IMG/VR virus record: IMGVR_UViG_3300027712_000027
Origin: an uncultured virus (IMG/VR IMGVR_UViG_3300027712_000027)
Lineage: Duplodnaviria > Heunggongvirae > Uroviricota > Caudoviricetes
Strand: one strand, 5' to 3'
Length of the DNA stretch: 20,000 nt
The notes beneath the pieces are model-generated. The model did no database searches. It was not told the DNA's origin and worked only from the letters and a program-made list of their open reading frames with translations. Below, piece after piece: positions 1 to 8,231 of the stretch. Numbering within the stretch: position 1 is the stretch's first letter; each line of letters begins with the position of its first letter. The position numbers were made by a program, and so were the translations under genes.

Positions 1-384
1 TTGATCATTGTTCCTATGCTTAAGCAGCTTCGCGATACCAAACACGGCTCTCCCTACGTTTATCCTGAAGATTGTCCCCATATCGGTAAAGGTCAAGAGA
101 CTGATTTCGGTAATTCCGATGATAAAGTCCATGATCGTTGGCATTGGGTTCTCAATGAGATGATCTATGCTTTCGAAGCCGAAGCAAATGAAGATTGGGA
201 AAATCAGTATTATTCTGGCGAACATGATATTTACTTTGAGAAAAACGACGATGGCAACTCTACTATGAAGCGTGGCCCTAAAGATACATTCAAGGTTGAC
301 AGAGAAGCAATGGATAAAGATGCTAAACGTCGTGAAAATGGTCGTAGGCTTTTTGCCAAATATTACAGAGGTTTGTGGGATTAA
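1..384 (+). CDS. Hypothetical phage protein, 5'-truncated by the window edge
   Basis: Open frame from base 1 to TAA 382-384, with codon style like neighbouring genes. The stop overlaps the next ATG (TAATG). No function recognised. Confidence 0.8.
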   Translation: MIIVPMLKQLRDTKHGSPYVYPEDCPHIGKGQETDFGNSDDKVHDRWHWVLNEMIYAFEAEANEDWENQYYSGEHDIYFEKNDDGNSTMKRGPKDTFKVDREAMDKDAKRRENGRRLFAKYYRGLWD

Positions 385-617
385 TGAAAACACCATACAT
401 AGTAATTCCAGAACACATCGTTCGCAATGCCGCTGAAGTTTTCGCAAAGGAAGTTTTCGCAAAGGAAGAAAACTCAAAAGTTAACACATTTCAAAAGATG
501 CTTCTTGTTGGTGAAGAGTATAAACAGGCCGGTATGACGCCAATTTATCTTTATAATCCTACCACTGCCGAAGTTTTTGTTCAAACTGAGGAACAATTGA
601 AAAATAAAATGCACTAA
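384..617 (+). CDS. Small hypothetical protein (77 aa)
   Basis: ATG at 384 is coupled to the upstream TAA (TAATG) and is preferred over the GTG start at 375. Contains a duplicated EVFAK. Confidence 0.7.
   Translation: MKTPYIVIPEHIVRNAAEVFAKEVFAKEENSKVNTFQKMLLVGEEYKQAGMTPIYLYNPTTAEVFVQTEEQLKNKMH
435..468 (+). repeat. Perfect 15-bp tandem duplication (GAAGTTTTCGCAAAG x2 + GAAG), in frame
   Basis: Copies at 435-449 and 450-464 encode EVFAK-EVFAK. Confidence 0.9.
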
Positions 618-644
618 CTGTTTGTGAATTGACTATATAATAAT

Positions 645-693
645 GCATCGCCTAATGGGATGCTATTTCAAACTCGCTTAATAGGAGAAAACT
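645..693 (+). promoter_or_regulatory. ROSE-like RNA thermometer / structured 5' UTR of hsp20
   Basis: Hairpin 1 is GCATC-G-CC-TAAT-GG-GATGC (645-663). Hairpin 2 is CTC-G-CT-TAAT-AG-GAG (673-687), which pairs a TCGCT motif with bulged G against the SD AGGAG, the hallmark U(U/C)GCU of ROSE elements. A possible late-promoter variant CTATATA lies at 633-639. Confidence 0.7.
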
Positions 694-1143
694 ATGACTG
701 ACATTTTTACATTTAATACATCTAACATCGACAAGTATTATGTTGGTGTTGATAAGATCGCAAAGAACCTTGCAAGAGTTCATGCTGCTGCCTGTAAGGC
801 AATTCCCGGATATCCACCATATAATATTATGAAGGTCGACGAAAACAAGTACGTCATTGAAATGGCTGTTGCTGGTTTCGCTAAACAGAACCTTGAAATC
901 GAAGTTGCCAATAGTGTACTCACCATTAAGGGTGGACTTACTGTTGATGATATGGCACAGGAATCTGTTGCTAATACACAGTACATTTATAAGGGTATTG
1001 CCGATCGTGCATTTACACGTAAGATGCAGTTGGCCGATACTGTTGTGGTCCAAAATGCAGAGCTTATCAATGGAATGCTTAGAGTATTTTTGGAAAACAT
1101 TATTCCTGAAAGTCAAAAGCCCCAAAAGGTTAATATCAAGTAA
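694..1143 (+). CDS. hsp20: Small heat-shock protein (Hsp20 / IbpA-like, alpha-crystallin domain)
   Basis: Motifs YPPYNI, IEMAVAGF, YKGIADRAF, AELINGML and C-terminal IPE..KP.K.NI. SD AGGAG at 683-687. Confidence 0.95.
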   Translation: MTDIFTFNTSNIDKYYVGVDKIAKNLARVHAAACKAIPGYPPYNIMKVDENKYVIEMAVAGFAKQNLEIEVANSVLTIKGGLTVDDMAQESVANTQYIYKGIADRAFTRKMQLADTVVVQNAELINGMLRVFLENIIPESQKPQKVNIK

Positions 1144-1147
1144 TACT

Positions 1148-1169
1148 GAGGGGCGAAAGCCCCTCTTTT
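1148..1169 (+). terminator. Rho-independent terminator after hsp20
   Basis: GAGGGGC-GAAA-GCCCCTC (7-bp stem, GNRA loop) followed by TTTTCTTT. Confidence 0.85.
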
Positions 1170-1184
1170 CTTTGGAGAAATACT

Positions 1185-1340
1185 TTGTTTAATATATTCG
1201 ATAACATCATGCGTTCTATTAGATTTTATAAAACTGTACATGAACTATCGCTTTTGAACGATAAAGAGCTAGCTGATATTGGTCTTAATCGTTTCGAAAT
1301 ACCTGTTATAGCGCTGAAAGCTAACTTATTGCCTAAATAA
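1185..1340 (+). CDS. DUF1127 (YjiS-like) small protein, 51 aa; absent from the ORF track
   Basis: Hand translation from TTG 1185 (SD GGAG at 1174-1177): MFNIFDNIMRSIRFYKTVHELSLLNDKELADIGLNRFEIPVIALKANLLPK*. EL..L.D.EL.DIGL.R..I matches the DUF1127 signature. An alternative in-frame ATG is at 1209. Confidence 0.85.
   Translation: MFNIFDNIMRSIRFYKTVHELSLLNDKELADIGLNRFEIPVIALKANLLPK
1333..1339 (+). promoter_or_regulatory. Putative T4-like late promoter (CTAAATA) upstream of the lysis genes
   Basis: Resembles the T4 late TATAAATA box. The [C/A]TAAATA core recurs before late-type genes at 8428, 8593, 14722 and 16538. Confidence 0.55.
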
Positions 1341-1349
1341 TTTGTGAAT

Positions 1350-1385
1350 TTCTTCTATATTATGATTGAATTTAATATAGGAGGG
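1350..1385 (+). promoter_or_regulatory. RBS-sequestering hairpin in the endolysin leader
   Basis: TTCTTCTATATTA (1350-1362) pairs with TAATATAGGAGGG (1373-1385), 13 bp including 3 G.U pairs. It buries the SD AGGAGG. Confidence 0.7.
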
Positions 1386-1389
1386 CAAT

Positions 1390-2007
1390 ATGGCTTTGGT
1401 AACTTTTAATCAATTAAATAGTTTTTTCGAAAACACAAATGAAGATATTATTCAGAAATATGTTGATCCTTTAAACGCTGTTTTAGAGTTTTATCAAATC
1501 AACAATAAACAAAGAATTTCTATGTTCCTTGCCCAAGTTGGTCACGAATCCGGTGGTTTGAGAACAATTAAAGAAAATTTAAACTATTCTGCTGATAGAT
1601 TAAAAGTTGTTTTTCCAAAATATTTTCGTGGTGTTGATACCAGCGAATATGCTAGAAATCCAGAAAAGATTGCTAATCGTGTATACTCCAGTCGCATGGG
1701 TAATGGCGATGAAGCTTCCGGTGATGGATATCGTTACTGTGGTCGTGGGTTAATTCAGCTTACAGGCAAAAGTAATTATATAGCTTTCGCAGCTGATATG
1801 GCAATTTCTCTTGAAGAAGCAACTGTATGGTTAAACACCGAAGAAGGTGCAGCTTGGTCTGCTGGTTGGTTTTGGGATTCACGTGAATTAAATCAGTGGG
1901 CAGACAAGGGCGATGTTTTAACAGTCACAAAGAAAATCAACGGCGGAACTAATGGTTTGGCAGATCGTCAGGCTCATTATGCTGAAGCTTTAGAAATATT
2001 TGGGTAA
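1390..2007 (+). CDS. Endolysin, glycoside hydrolase family 19 (chitinase/lysozyme-like)
   Basis: Motifs FLAQVGHESGG, ENLNYSA, GRGLIQLTGKSNY and TKKINGGTNGL.DR. Strong SD AGGAGG. Confidence 0.93.
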   Translation: MALVTFNQLNSFFENTNEDIIQKYVDPLNAVLEFYQINNKQRISMFLAQVGHESGGLRTIKENLNYSADRLKVVFPKYFRGVDTSEYARNPEKIANRVYSSRMGNGDEASGDGYRYCGRGLIQLTGKSNYIAFAADMAISLEEATVWLNTEEGAAWSAGWFWDSRELNQWADKGDVLTVTKKINGGTNGLADRQAHYAEALEIFG

Positions 2008-2017
2008 TCGTACCGAT

Positions 2018-2512
2018 ATGGCTAAATTTGATGTAGCTAACCCAGACGATGATGCATCAGTATTAAAACCAGCAATGGATCAAATACCAGCTGCAACTAA
2101 AGGTGCAGCTGTTGCTATTCCTACAATGTATAATAGTAATTCTCCTGGATTCTCTATTCCATCTCCATTTTCTACATCGTCTTCCCCGCAGTTATCTCCG
2201 GAAGCTCAATTAGCTAAAATAGAATTAGAAACTAAACAATGGGAAAAAGAATTCGGAAAACAAGAAGAACATTGGATGAAAACATATTGGCGGCCAGGAA
2301 TGGCTTGGCTTTATATGATTATATGTTTCGTCGATTTTGTTGTTTTTCCTGTTGTTGCAATGTTTCTTCCTATTATGACTAAACTTCCATATGTTCCATG
2401 GCAATCACTGTCGCTATCTAATGGTGGATTGATTCATATGGCATTTGGTGCTATTCTTGGTATTTCTGCCTATGGTAGAACACAAGAAAAAGTTGCAACT
2501 AGACAATACTAA
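2018..2512 (+). CDS. Putative holin (GTA-type 3TM holin-like) with a Pro/Ser-rich N-terminal extension
   Basis: YWRPGMAWLYMIICFVDFVVFP hydrophobic segment, HMAFGAILGISAYGRTQEK C-terminus, and position directly after the endolysin. The start is uncertain (TTG 2000 or ATG 2018). Confidence 0.75.
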   Translation: MAKFDVANPDDDASVLKPAMDQIPAATKGAAVAIPTMYNSNSPGFSIPSPFSTSSSPQLSPEAQLAKIELETKQWEKEFGKQEEHWMKTYWRPGMAWLYMIICFVDFVVFPVVAMFLPIMTKLPYVPWQSLSLSNGGLIHMAFGAILGISAYGRTQEKVATRQY

Positions 2513-2516
2513 TAAC

Positions 2517-2544
2517 TTGACTTTTCAGTAGAGCATAGTATAAT
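2517..2544 (+). promoter_or_regulatory. sigma70-type promoter for the DNA polymerase operon
   Basis: TTGACT (2517-2522), 16-nt spacer, TATAAT (2539-2544). Intergenic. Confidence 0.7.
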
Positions 2545-2597
2545 ACATTATTGGCGTTTGTGCGACATTTTGTCCGGAACGCATACAGGAGTATTTC

Positions 2598-5057
2598 ATG
2601 GCTTTTTATACAAATGTATTTCAACGTGGTGACAAAATTTATGTTCGTGGATTCGATAAGGGAACACGAACAAAGGAAGTAGTGGCATATAAGCCGTATA
2701 TGTTTATCCATAAGCCAGAGGGTAAGTATCGTACTCTTGATGGTAAGCCAGTTGCAAAGCTCGACTTTGATGGTATTAAGGACGCCAAGGATTTCATTGA
2801 GCGTTATTCCGATGTCTCCAATATGGAGATTTATGGACTCACAACTTTCCCCTACCTTTATATTTTTGATACATTTAAGGGCGACATCAATTATGATCCG
2901 TCGCAGGTTAGCATTGGCACAATTGATATTGAGTGTGCTGCTGACGAAGGATTTCCCGACATTCAAAAGGCAGATAAGCCTCTGACTGCGATTACTGTTC
3001 GTTGTCGGAAACGTAATTACGTATTTGGTTGTGGTGAGTTTTTCACTACCGATCCAAATACATATTATGTCAAGTGTAAAGATGAGTATGAGTTGATTCA
3101 GAAGTTTCTTCAGGCCTGGGAAGCTCTTGATCTTGATATTATCACCGGCTGGAATATTGAGTTTTTCGATATCCCATACTTGGTAAATCGTATTGTTAAA
3201 CTGTTTAATGTTACAGAGGCCAAACGTCTTTCACCATGGCGTATTCTTGATGAAAAAACTATCGAGTTTCGTGGTAAAGAAAATCAGAGTTATGCACCTG
3301 CCGGCATCGCAGTTATGGATTACTACCAGCTTTATCGTAAATTCAGTTTCGGTAATCAGGAGAGTTATAAGCTCGACTATATCGCTCAAATTGAACTCGG
3401 CGAGAAAAAGTTAGATTATTCCGAGTATGGATCTTTGCTTGAGCTTTACCGTAATAATCATCAGAAGTTTATTGAATATAACATTCTCGATTGTGTTCTT
3501 GTTGAACGACTTGATGAGAAAATGAAGTTCATTGAACAGGTGATGGCTCTGGCATATGATGCCAAGGTAAATTATAACGATACCATGACTACGGTTCGTT
3601 CATGGGATGTCATTATCCATAATTATCTGCTCGAACAAAATATCGTAATTCCTCAGTTTAAAAGCTCGAAAGAGCAGTTTGAATTGGTCGGCGGTCATGT
3701 TAAGGAAGTTAAGCCAGGATTGAGTAAGTGGGTTGTTTCTTTTGACTTGAACTCGCTGTATCCTCATCTTATCATGCAATATAATATCAGCCCGGAAACA
3801 CTTGTTGGTAGAACTCAGTTTCCAAGTATTGATTATTTGCTAGAAGGTCACTGGGAATATCGTGACAGTTCGGTAGCGTATGCTGCCAATGGTTGCACTT
3901 ATCGGAAAGATAAGCAAGGGTTTCTCCCAGCTCTTATGGAAAAGCTCTATAATGATCGAGTTGTTTATAAGAAAAAGATGATCGAGGCAAAGCAGCGTTA
4001 TGAACTTACCAAAAGCAAAGACGACGAAATGCTTATTGCACGATACCATAATATGCAAATGGCTCGTAAAATTCAATTGAACTCGGCTTACGGTGCACTC
4101 GGCAATAGGTATTTCCGTTGGTTCAATTTCAATAATGCCGAGGCGATTACTATGTCTGGTCAGCTTTCCATTCGTTGGATTGAAAAAAAAATGAATATCT
4201 TTATGAATAAGGTATGTAAAACAACTGATATTGATTATGTTATTGCGGCGGATACAGATTCGATTTATGTGACTTTTGAAAAGCTTATACCTGATGGTTC
4301 TAATGAACTCGACGCTGTCAATTTAATTGATAAGTTTTGTGAGAGTAAAATACAGCATTATATTAACAGCTGTTATGACGAGCTAGCAGGTATGATGAAT
4401 GCATATCAACAGAAAATGCAAATGAAGCGTGAAACCATTGCCAATAAAGGTATTTGGAAAGCGAAGAAAATGTATATTCTTAATGCCTGGAACGTTGAAG
4501 GTGTGCAGTATGATAAGCCAAAGCTGAAGATTCAGGGTATCGAGGCAGTTCGTTCATCAACTCCGCATGTTTGTCGTGAAAAGATTAAACAGGCTCTGAC
4601 TATTATTATGAATCAAAATGAAAGCGATCTTATCAAGTTTAACGAGAAATTTCGCGAAGAGTTTATGTCACTTCCTTTTGAAGATGTTGCTTTTCCCCGT
4701 GGTGTTAAAGGCATAAGTAAATATTCAGATAAAAATAGTATTTATGGTAAAGGAACTCCTATTCAGGTTCGTGGAGTTCTTCTATATAATCATTTGATCA
4801 AGCGTCATGGTATTGGTAACCTTGCACCAATTCAAGATGGCGATAAGATTAAGTTTGTTTATTTGAAAACACCTAATCCTATTAATGAAACTGTTATCGC
4901 CGCAATAGATACTCTACCAAAAGAATTTGGTTTAGATTCATATATCGATCGAGATACCCAGTTCAATAAGTCTTATCTTGAACCACTTCGTTCAATTGCG
5001 GATTGTATTGATTGGAAAATAGAACAACTAGCAACATTGGAGGATTTCTTTGGCTAA
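2598..5057 (+). CDS. 43: Family B DNA polymerase (T4 gp43-like)
   Basis: Exo I TIDIE, Exo II GWNIEFFDIPY, Exo III YNILD, polymerase motifs FDLNSLYP, KIQLNSAYG and DTDS, and C-terminal clamp-binding LEDFF. SD AGGAG at 2587-2591. Confidence 0.98.
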   Translation: MAFYTNVFQRGDKIYVRGFDKGTRTKEVVAYKPYMFIHKPEGKYRTLDGKPVAKLDFDGIKDAKDFIERYSDVSNMEIYGLTTFPYLYIFDTFKGDINYDPSQVSIGTIDIECAADEGFPDIQKADKPLTAITVRCRKRNYVFGCGEFFTTDPNTYYVKCKDEYELIQKFLQAWEALDLDIITGWNIEFFDIPYLVNRIVKLFNVTEAKRLSPWRILDEKTIEFRGKENQSYAPAGIAVMDYYQLYRKFSFGNQESYKLDYIAQIELGEKKLDYSEYGSLLELYRNNHQKFIEYNILDCVLVERLDEKMKFIEQVMALAYDAKVNYNDTMTTVRSWDVIIHNYLLEQNIVIPQFKSSKEQFELVGGHVKEVKPGLSKWVVSFDLNSLYPHLIMQYNISPETLVGRTQFPSIDYLLEGHWEYRDSSVAYAANGCTYRKDKQGFLPALMEKLYNDRVVYKKKMIEAKQRYELTKSKDDEMLIARYHNMQMARKIQLNSAYGALGNRYFRWFNFNNAEAITMSGQLSIRWIEKKMNIFMNKVCKTTDIDYVIAADTDSIYVTFEKLIPDGSNELDAVNLIDKFCESKIQHYINSCYDELAGMMNAYQQKMQMKRETIANKGIWKAKKMYILNAWNVEGVQYDKPKLKIQGIEAVRSSTPHVCREKIKQALTIIMNQNESDLIKFNEKFREEFMSLPFEDVAFPRGVKGISKYSDKNSIYGKGTPIQVRGVLLYNHLIKRHGIGNLAPIQDGDKIKFVYLKTPNPINETVIAAIDTLPKEFGLDSYIDRDTQFNKSYLEPLRSIADCIDWKIEQLATLEDFFG

Positions 5058-5268
5058 AGATAAAGAATATGATTTCGGATTTACTTTTGCAAATGAAGAT
5101 GAATTGGTAACAGATACATCACGTGAAAAGTTAATTCAGCTTCGTGATATGATCATGCCACTTCTTAATAATTTAAAAAAAAATCCCGATAAAGAAATGA
5201 TTAAGTGGCCCAATAGAATAACATCTATTGATGCTATGATCGCTAAAATTAACACTCTTGTAGAATAG
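5050..5268 (+). CDS. Small hypothetical protein overlapping the gp43 stop
   Basis: TTG start with SD GGAGG (5039-5043). Fills the gap between gp43 and uvsX. Confidence 0.75.
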   Translation: MAKDKEYDFGFTFANEDELVTDTSREKLIQLRDMIMPLLNNLKKNPDKEMIKWPNRITSIDAMIAKINTLVE

Positions 5269-5276
5269 GAAATAAA

Positions 5277-6320
5277 ATGTCACTTAAGGAAAAGCTTATC
5301 AAGAACAGTACCATCGATTTGACAGCAAGCTTGCTTGACTCGAAAATTTTCACCAAGAAAGATATGATTCCCACATCTGTTCCAATGATTAACGTTGCTT
5401 TGTCCGGCTCTGTTGATGGTGGTATTACTCCTGGTCTTACTATGTTGGCCGGTCCATCAAAACACTTTAAGTCAGGTTTCTCGCTCCTGTTAGCAGCTGC
5501 CTTTCTAAAGAAGTATAAGGATGGTATTATCCTTTTCTATGACTCTGAGTTTGGTACTCCTCAGTCATACTTTACTACTTTCGGTATTGATCTTGAATCT
5601 GTTGTTCATACTCCTATTACTGACGTTGAAGAACTGAAGTTTGATATTATGACACAGTTGAAGAGCATTGATCGTGGTGACCATGTTATGATTTTGGTTG
5701 ACTCGATTGGTAACTTGGCTTCGAAAAAAGAAATTGAAGATGCGCTGAATGAAAAGTCAGTTGCGGATATGACTCGTGCCAAGCAGCTTAAGTCTCTATT
5801 CCGTATGATTACACCTCATCTTTCGCTTAAAAACATTCCAATGGTTGCTATCAATCATACCTATATGGAAATTGGTATGTTCCCCAAAGCTATCGTCAGT
5901 GGTGGTACTGGTGCATATTATGGTGCTGATAATATCTGGATTATCGGTCGTCAGCAAGATAAGGATGGTACTGAAATTGCCGGATATCATTTCGTTATTA
6001 ATGTTGAGAAGTCTCGTTTTGTTAAAGAAAAGTCAAAAATTCCGATTACGGTTTCATTTGATGGTGGTATTAATCGTTGGTCTGGTCTTCTGGATGTGGC
6101 GATTGAAGGTAACTACATTGTTAAGCCAAAGGTTGGTTGGTATGCTACGGTTGATAAGGAAACTGGTGAAGTACGTCAGCCAAGCAAGAGAGCCGCTGAT
6201 ATTGTGGACAATAAAGAGTTTTGGATGGATATGTTCAAAAACACTGATTTTGCCCAGTACATCGAAAGTAAGTACAAGATGGCGATGGGTCCTATAATGG
6301 ATAATGACGATGAAGAATAA
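5277..6320 (+). CDS. uvsX: RecA-like recombinase (T4 UvsX-like)
   Basis: UvsX-type Walker A GPSKHFKS, FYDSEFG, Walker B ILVDSIGNL, DMTRAK and acidic tail. Syntenic between gp43 and gp41. Confidence 0.96.
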   Translation: MSLKEKLIKNSTIDLTASLLDSKIFTKKDMIPTSVPMINVALSGSVDGGITPGLTMLAGPSKHFKSGFSLLLAAAFLKKYKDGIILFYDSEFGTPQSYFTTFGIDLESVVHTPITDVEELKFDIMTQLKSIDRGDHVMILVDSIGNLASKKEIEDALNEKSVADMTRAKQLKSLFRMITPHLSLKNIPMVAINHTYMEIGMFPKAIVSGGTGAYYGADNIWIIGRQQDKDGTEIAGYHFVINVEKSRFVKEKSKIPITVSFDGGINRWSGLLDVAIEGNYIVKPKVGWYATVDKETGEVRQPSKRAADIVDNKEFWMDMFKNTDFAQYIESKYKMAMGPIMDNDDEE

Positions 6321-6510
6321 AGTAATCTCCACTTTCTACTCTGATGACCTACGAAAGCAAGTGGATATTGTTGAAATTGGCAATGGCGATATTTTCGCCC
6401 TTGACTACTACTATGATAAAGAGTATACTAATTCTAGAATATTGGCCGAGTGTTCAATAAAGGAAGCAGAACTGGCAGCACAAGAATATGTATTAGAAAA
6501 ATCTATTTGA
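6304..6510 (+). CDS. Small hypothetical protein between uvsX and the helicase
   Basis: Overlaps the uvsX 3' end (ATG 6304 or 6310) and fills the gap. It occupies the position of T4 gene 40, but no sequence similarity was recognised. Confidence 0.65.
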   Translation: MTMKNKVISTFYSDDLRKQVDIVEIGNGDIFALDYYYDKEYTNSRILAECSIKEAELAAQEYVLEKSI

Positions 6511-6523
6511 TGAGGGAAATAGC

Positions 6524-7930
6524 ATGGCAATCGAACGGACCATTTTTAGCAATTTATTATACAATGAAGATTATGGTCGTAAAGTTATTCCTTTTCTTAA
6601 GGAAGAATATTTCACGGATTATTGTGATAAAGTCGTTTTCGAACTCATCAGTGAATACGTAAAGAAATATAATGCATTCCCATCTAAGGAAGCTATGGCC
6701 ATTGACCTAACTAACAAGAGTGGTTTGGGTGAGGAAAGTTTTCGAAATATTGCAGATACTATTTCTAAATTTGATCGCGATGAAGATACTAAAATCGAGT
6801 GGTTGCTTGATCAAACTGAAAAGTTTTGTCAGGAAAAAGCCGTTTATAATGCTATCATGTCATCAATTCAAATCCTTGATGATAAAACTGGTAAAACTTC
6901 CAAGGGTGGTATTCCTCAAATTTTGAGCGACGCTCTTGGTGTATCTTTTGATACACATATCGGCCATGACTTTCTTGAAGATGCCGAGGCTCGTTTTGAG
7001 TTTTATCATATGAAGGAATCACGTGTTCCTTTTGATATTGAATATATGAATAAGATCACACAGGGCGGCTTGCCTAAAAAGACATTGAATATCGCTCTTG
7101 CCGGTACTGGTGTTGGTAAGTCTCTCTTTATGTGTCACTGTGCTGCTGCTAATATGACAGCTGGTCTGAATGTTCTTTATATTACGCTAGAAATGGCCGA
7201 AGAAAAGATCGCAGAACGTATTGATGCTAATTTGCTGAATACTCCGGTACAAGAGCTTATCAGTATGCCCAAGGAAATGTATGATAATAAAGTTGCTCGT
7301 ATCCGTAAAAAAACTACTGGTAAAATTATTATCAAGGAATATCCGACCACATGCGCTGGGTCGGCAAACTTTCGCCATCTTCTAAATGAGTTGAAGCTCA
7401 AGAAAAATTTCGTTCCGGACATCATATATATTGATTACCTGAACATTTGTATGTCATCGAGGTTAAAACATGGAACCGGAGTCAATTCTTATACCCTTGT
7501 CAAAACGATCGCAGAAGAACTACGAGGACTTGCAGTGGAGTTCAATGTTCCTGTCGTCTCTGCGACTCAAACAACTCGAAGCGGATATTCGAACAGCGAC
7601 GTGGGACTGGAAGATACAGCAGAATCCTTTGGACTCCCGGCCACAGCTGATTTTATGTTTGCACTCGTCACGTCCGAAGAACTGGAAGAACTCAATCAAA
7701 TTATGGTTAAGCAGCTCAAGAATCGCTATAATGATCCAGGGCTTCATCGTCGCTTTGTTGTTGGTGTGGATCGCAGCAAGATGCGGCTTTACGATGTAGA
7801 ACAATCAGCACAGGATGAGCTTATGGACGACAAGCCTGTGATGGATAAGGGAAAGTTCATGTCCGAAGATATGGAACGTAATATGCCCCGTAAGAAGTTT
7901 GATAAAGGAAAGTTTGAGGGCTTCAAGTGA
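6524..7930 (+). CDS. 41: Replicative DnaB-like DNA helicase (T4 gp41-like)
   Basis: Walker A AGTGVGKS, YITLEMAEE, Walker B IYIDYL, SATQTTR, ESFGLPATAD, KQLKNRY. Confidence 0.97.
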   Translation: MAIERTIFSNLLYNEDYGRKVIPFLKEEYFTDYCDKVVFELISEYVKKYNAFPSKEAMAIDLTNKSGLGEESFRNIADTISKFDRDEDTKIEWLLDQTEKFCQEKAVYNAIMSSIQILDDKTGKTSKGGIPQILSDALGVSFDTHIGHDFLEDAEARFEFYHMKESRVPFDIEYMNKITQGGLPKKTLNIALAGTGVGKSLFMCHCAAANMTAGLNVLYITLEMAEEKIAERIDANLLNTPVQELISMPKEMYDNKVARIRKKTTGKIIIKEYPTTCAGSANFRHLLNELKLKKNFVPDIIYIDYLNICMSSRLKHGTGVNSYTLVKTIAEELRGLAVEFNVPVVSATQTTRSGYSNSDVGLEDTAESFGLPATADFMFALVTSEELEELNQIMVKQLKNRYNDPGLHRRFVVGVDRSKMRLYDVEQSAQDELMDDKPVMDKGKFMSEDMERNMPRKKFDKGKFEGFK

Positions 7931-7939
7931 AAATAGTTG

Positions 7940-7968
7940 TTGACTTTTGTTATCAACTGGGGTATAAT
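7940..7968 (+). promoter_or_regulatory. sigma70-type promoter
   Basis: TTGACT (7940-7945), 17-nt spacer, TATAAT (7963-7968). Shares TTGACTTTT with the promoter at 2517. Confidence 0.8.
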
Positions 7969-7991
7969 ATGTTTTTGGATAGGAGCTTTTG

Positions 7992-8231
7992 ATGAAGCGT
8001 GAAATTGATAACGAGACGCTAATGGTTCATCTTCAAAATTATATGTGTCAAGATCACATTCGACTCGTTGACAATCAACTGGGAGAAAGCTTGATTAATC
8101 CTACTTATTTGTTTAAACTTTGTATGAATGTTATTGAACTACAAACCCAAGAACTAACTATTCTTCGTGATCAAAATCGAGATTATCAAAATGAATTGCG
8201 TTTTGTTGGACGTCGTTTGGAGGCTTTATGA
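7992..8231 (+). CDS. Hypothetical protein with a predicted C-terminal coiled coil
   Basis: SD AGGAG 7981-7985 with ATG 7992 (TTG 7989 is an alternative). Directly downstream of a promoter. Confidence 0.75.
   Translation: MKREIDNETLMVHLQNYMCQDHIRLVDNQLGESLINPTYLFKLCMNVIELQTQELTILRDQNRDYQNELRFVGRRLEAL

Noticed and set aside
857..1192. Alternative-frame plus-strand ORFs inside known genes (also 2737, 3193, 5845, 6450, 6720, 7447, 7470, 13043, 14330, 15253, 15637)
   Set aside because: They are nested in or largely overlap conserved genes, and I saw no motifs or other support for them.
621..1350. Shared 10-mer TTTGTGAATT at 621-630 and 1341-1350
   Set aside because: There are only two AT-rich copies, on opposite sides of the nearby promoter-like boxes, so it cannot be distinguished from chance.
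6304..6510. Calling this ORF T4 gp40
   Set aside because: Only the position matches. It is shorter and no sequence similarity was recognised.
2598..7930. Inteins, introns or split genes in the polymerase, UvsX or helicase
   Set aside because: Lengths are normal, motifs are contiguous, and there are no splicing or homing-endonuclease signatures.
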